DNA of 63,769 nt, filler included, from Craspedostauros australis (lineage: Eukaryota): the NCBI GenBank assembly GCA_030167865.1. It is 7 parts of 7 records of this genome, joined end to end, with 100 filler letters (N's around TTAATTAATTAA, not from the genome) between each part and the next. Parts side by side here need not be neighbours in the genome. Positions count along the whole stretch, not along the records: positions 56,754 to 62,534 come from JALAGF010006336.1; positions 62,635 to 63,769 come from JALAGF010006407.1; 5 more parts are not named here. The stretch is one strand, 5' to 3'. A program made the position numbers and the translations under genes. The notes under the pieces are model-generated. The model had not been told where the DNA came from. It was given only the letters and a program-made list of their open reading frames with translations, and did no database searches. Of the stretch, positions 59,801 through 63,769 are shown piece after piece (the first letter of the stretch is position 1; each line of letters starts with the position of its first letter).

Positions 59801-61402
59801 CATTTCCGCGAATGCCCGGGATGTGTACAGCTCACCACCATGATCCACTCGAATGGCACGGTAGCCGTCCTTCCGACCGAACCGTTGGAGGTGTGTACGC
59901 ACCACATCAACTGGAGTGCTCTTGCCTTCGGTGTTAAACACCCACGCGTACCTCGAGTATGCATCCACGATGAGCAGATATGCAGTACATCGGTCAAAGG
60001 ATTCCACCACTGCCGGCATGTTCTTGACTTTGGCGTACTGAGACGAGCTCGCACGCATGTAGCCGAAGTCCATATGGAATCGAGAACCAACCGCCAGAGC
60101 GGAAACGTCAGCAGTAGGACCTCTCGGCTGTCGNTGTGCACGGGCCTCCATGCACGTGGTGCACATGCGGACCGGATGTTGACCGGTTGCAACCTTGGCG
60201 GGGATGCCCACAGAGTGTTGCGGAAGATGTACCATCTGATGATGCCCAGGATGTCCAAGGCGCTGATGCCACAGCTCGTAGGTGAGGGCTTTGTTTCCAG
60301 TAGATGCTGTCACGCTGTGTACAGAGTACAGAGCCATGAAAAAGTAGAGGTCGTTGATCCTCACCATGGAAGCGCGCTTGGAGAACTTGTGTGCGTTGCC
60401 ATAGAACCTGACATGGGGGTCATTACGATCCCTGCACACCACATCGAAGGTGTCATACACCGCCGAGTGCTCACAGATGAGCTGTGGAGAGAGAAGAGTG
60501 GCCGAGACGTGCTGGCAGAAGTACATCGGGATGGGGATGACATCGCCATCGTCGAGCCGGAATGGAAAGACACCACGGTGTGTGCACACCATAGCACCTG
60601 ACCTGACGTCGGCGCCGGATAGGTCGAGTGGAAGGTCGAGTGGNNNNNNNNNNNNNNNNNNNNNNNNNNNNNNNNNNNNNNNNNNNNNNNNNNTCACGCT
60701 GTGTACAGAGTACAGAGCCATGAAAAAGTAGAGGTCGTTGATCCTCACCATGGAAGCGCGCTTGGAGAACTTGTGTGCGTTGCCATAGAACCTGACATGG
60801 GGGTCATTACGATCCCTGCACACCACATCGAAGGTGTCATACACCGCCGAGTGCTCACAGATGAGCTGTGGAGAGAGAAGAGTGGCCGAGACGTGCTGGC
60901 AGAAGTACATCGGGATGGGGATGACATCGCCATCGTCGAGNCNGAATGGAAAGACACCACGGTGTGTGCACACCATAGCACCTGACCTGACGTCGGCGCC
61001 GGATAGGTCGAGTGGAAGGTCGAGTGGNGTCACGTCCGCAAGGACGTGTTTGGCATTGGTGACTGAGATGTTGGCACCCAAGTCGCACTGCTGGCGGGCA
61101 GCGCTGTTGAATCCGCCAACCGGTGTCACATGATGGAGCAGTGGAACGCTGTGTATACGTTCATGACCACCGCTCGCCTCATGGGCAATGACACATGCGA
61201 TGCTTGGCCCTTCAGGCACGAGCATGTGCCACTCAGTCGGCTGCGCGGGTGGCTTTGGAAGCACCTGCGAGGTCGACTGAGTACCATGGGCCTGTGATGG
61301 CGCAGGCAGTATGCCAACGGAGTTGGCTGGCCCTGAATCTACCGCGCNTNCATGTGTGATAAGCCGTTCACCAGCAGAAGGATGTGCTGGCCGGCTTAGG
61401 AA
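56824..61402 (-). CDS. Pol: protease, integrase, PDZ-like insert, RT, RNase H
   Basis: CDLGANIS; LWHQRLGH..CTTC; IRVDHGGEL, NGKAER; RKARAVCDGS, DVSNAF, RQVDDF; YADSDWA, STEAEL, YEDNQGA. Confidence 0.9.
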
Positions 61403-62534
61403 AAATCCTGCCCGAACTGGAGCACGGACATGAGAAGATCGTCGTCGTCGATATCGGACCCATCACTATCTTGTGCCCTGGTTTGAAGCACCCTTGCAAC
61501 GGCCTTGCGCCCATCGGGTGTGGCCATCTTCATGAGGGTGTTGCCCAGTTTCTCGGCCAGCTTCATGTTCTTCTCGCGGAAGCTGGCAAGATTTTGGTGG
61601 CGAGCAAGNAACACGCAGCTGGTGCTCTCGTGCCCTCCACGGCCGCAAGCGGCGCAGATGGCGCCCTTGACTGGCTTGCGGAAGTCGTCGCGACGAGCGC
61701 GGAAGTCTTGATTGACCCCATCATCATCGTCATCGCTCGCACGATCGCGATTCCTGCGACCACGGCTTTGGCCATGTGGCCCGCCTTGGCGTCGTTGGGA
61801 CCGGGTCACGGCATGTGCGGTCTTGGTGTCGCCTGCACTGTCAGCAAGTTTGACAGCCAGCTCCCCAACGTGTAAGGTATGAGGAAAGCTGGAGTCATCT
61901 TCGCGTGCGAGAACCAGCTCTTTGTACTGATTGACGTTGTGTCCGGCGCTCTGCATCTCATCCAAAAAATGAATGGATGCTCGACGCGGACTGAACTGAT
62001 GCAATGATCCATGCTGGTCGACGAAGGTCATGAGGGACGTCGCGAAAGAGATGATGCCTTGCTTCCCATCAAATCTTGGTGGCATGGGAATGCCTGCAGC
62101 CGCCGGTGCGGTTACCGTGCACTGTAGGACGCGATGCAGAAAGTGAAATGCGTTGAGCATTTCAAAACTTCGCGTCTGTAGGAAGCGCTGGTAGTGGATG
62201 GCAAGCTTCGTGTCAGGCTTGACCTCGAGCACCCCGGGTGACAGCAGCTTCATGGCGTGCGCCGCGTTGATAGCAGCGACCGTGCTGCTGGTGAGGAAAG
62301 ACGGAAACACGACGCAGTCGACCCTGTAGAAGGAAAGGGGAATGATGTACGCGCCGTACTGTTCCGCCACCATCTGGTAGTGCTCATACCATGTACGGAC
62401 ATGGTGAGGCTCCAGACTGCTGAGAGGAGTGACATGGGCATCAAGGAAGCCGCGCTTGTCAACTTGAATGCGCGAGCTGGCTTGATACTGCCACGTGGGA
62501 TGCTTCTTGAGGTCGACACCATAAGGCGCGGAAT
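61396..62534 (-). CDS. Gag with CCHC knuckle, 5'-truncated
   Basis: CAACGRGGHESTSC; frame is open to the contig end. Confidence 0.85.
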
Positions 62535-62634
62535 NNNNNNNNNNNNNNNNNNNNNNNNNNNNNNNNNNNNNNNNNNNNTTAATTAATTAANNNNNNNNNN
62601 NNNNNNNNNNNNNNNNNNNNNNNNNNNNNNNNNN

Positions 62635-63769
62635 GCTTCAGCTTGAAGACCCATTTGCACTTGCAGCATCTGCGGCCGCGTGGGATGGCGTCTCGTTTGA
62701 TCTTGCTATACACCTTGCATGTATCCATGGAGTCGAACTCCTTCTTGATGGCTGTTCGATATCCCTTCCGATGGATAGGATCTGGGTGATTGAAGGCTCC
62801 GTCGAACGTTGTAGGTTCGATGTGCTTCTCTGGTTCCTTNTTCTCGTCCTGCATCGACANTCCGATGTCGATCGCTGGTGATTCGGTAATGATTGCATTC
62901 ATTCCGTATAGTCCTGTTGTGCTATGATGAGTGATCTCGATCTCTTCATTTTCGTCTTTGATTTCTTCATCATCTGTAGTTTCGTTGTTGGAATCGTCGA
63001 TCATCTCGTCGCTGAGTTCGTCACTCGTCTCGTTGGATGATGGATCGCTCTCATAGCCTTCTTCCTTTCGACCTCGTTCNNNNNNNNNNNNNNNNNNNNN
63101 NNNNNNNNNNNNNNNNNNNNNNNNNNNNNGTCCTGTTGTGCTATGATGAGTGATCTCGATCTCTTCATCTTCGTCTTCGATTTCCTCATCATCTGTAGTT
63201 TCATTGTTGGAGTCGTCGATCATCTCGTCACTGAGTTCGTCACTCGCCTCGTTGGATGATGGATCGCTCTCATAGCCTTCTTCCTTTCGACCTCGTTCGT
63301 TGAAGTCTGCGAGCTCGCGTAGAGCTCTGGGAACACTCTTCCCTGCAGTTGACTTGGGATTAGCTTCTCCCTTCCTGCCTCGTGCTTCATGACGTCGGAT
63401 CCTCTCCTTTCTAGCTATGTCACGCTTGTTTGGTTTGCTTGGTGGAGATCTGGATGGTGTGTCATGTGTAGATCTCGCTGGTGTGTTCGGAGGAGTGACA
63501 CCTGTCTCGTCATCGGCTTCGTCGCCGGAGGGTAGGATTTCGTCATCCTCATGATTGGATTCGCTCCAATCTTCCTCGTCATTCTGGATTAGTTGAGTCA
63601 CTACTCCGTCGTCCTCATTATCCTCATCGTCGCTGTCCGATAGGATGTAGTACCTGTTGCTGTCAGCGAAAGATACTCTCTTCGTTTCCGATGTTTGACG
63701 CGTTGCCGTCCTTGGCGTTGCTCCCTTCCGTCCGATGGTTGTGAAGCCGTCTGCGTCCGTTGTTCCTGT
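62635..63769 (-). CDS. Copia Pol fragment: acidic IN-RT linker and RT N-terminus
   Basis: EPTTFDGAFNHPD..AIKKEFDSM..CKWVFKLK. Confidence 0.88.

Larger units (their letters stand above)
56754..62534 (-). mobile_element. Ty1/copia retrotransposon internal region (gag, pol in -1 frame, PPT, start of 3' LTR)
   Basis: G7 PPT at 56763-56757 followed by TGT; gag and pol motifs listed in the next two features. Confidence 0.92.

Overview
This is eukaryotic DNA, almost certainly from a diatom (diatom-type Copia elements, RxL-motif secreted proteins, spliceosomal introns). It is not one locus: seven contigs are joined by artificial 100-nt N-TTAATTAATTAA-N linkers (contigs about 1-6178, 6279-14909, 15010-20765, 20866-26246, 26347-56653, 56754-62534, 62635-end). 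Six contigs are transposon-rich, with several Ty1/copia LTR retrotransposons (one intact with identical LTRs and a TSD), a tyrosine-recombinase retroelement, a Crypton-like recombinase, Harbinger/ISL2EU-type and piggyBac transposases, and MITEs. The 30-kb contig holds host genes: TPR-like, METTL7-like, REX4, M23 peptidase, spermidine-synthase-like, LRR receptor-like, CIA30-like, and a ~2,600-aa secreted RxL polyprotein. Best leads: (1) an intact Copia whose primer-binding site is a perfect complement of its own LTR (candidate self-priming); (2) a second Copia apparently primed by a half tRNA-Asn; (3) -1 frameshift signals in two Copia elements; (4) a spermidine-synthase-like probable pseudoenzyme with both myristoylation and CaaX motifs; (5) the giant RxL polyprotein. 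All calls are by eye; no searches were run.
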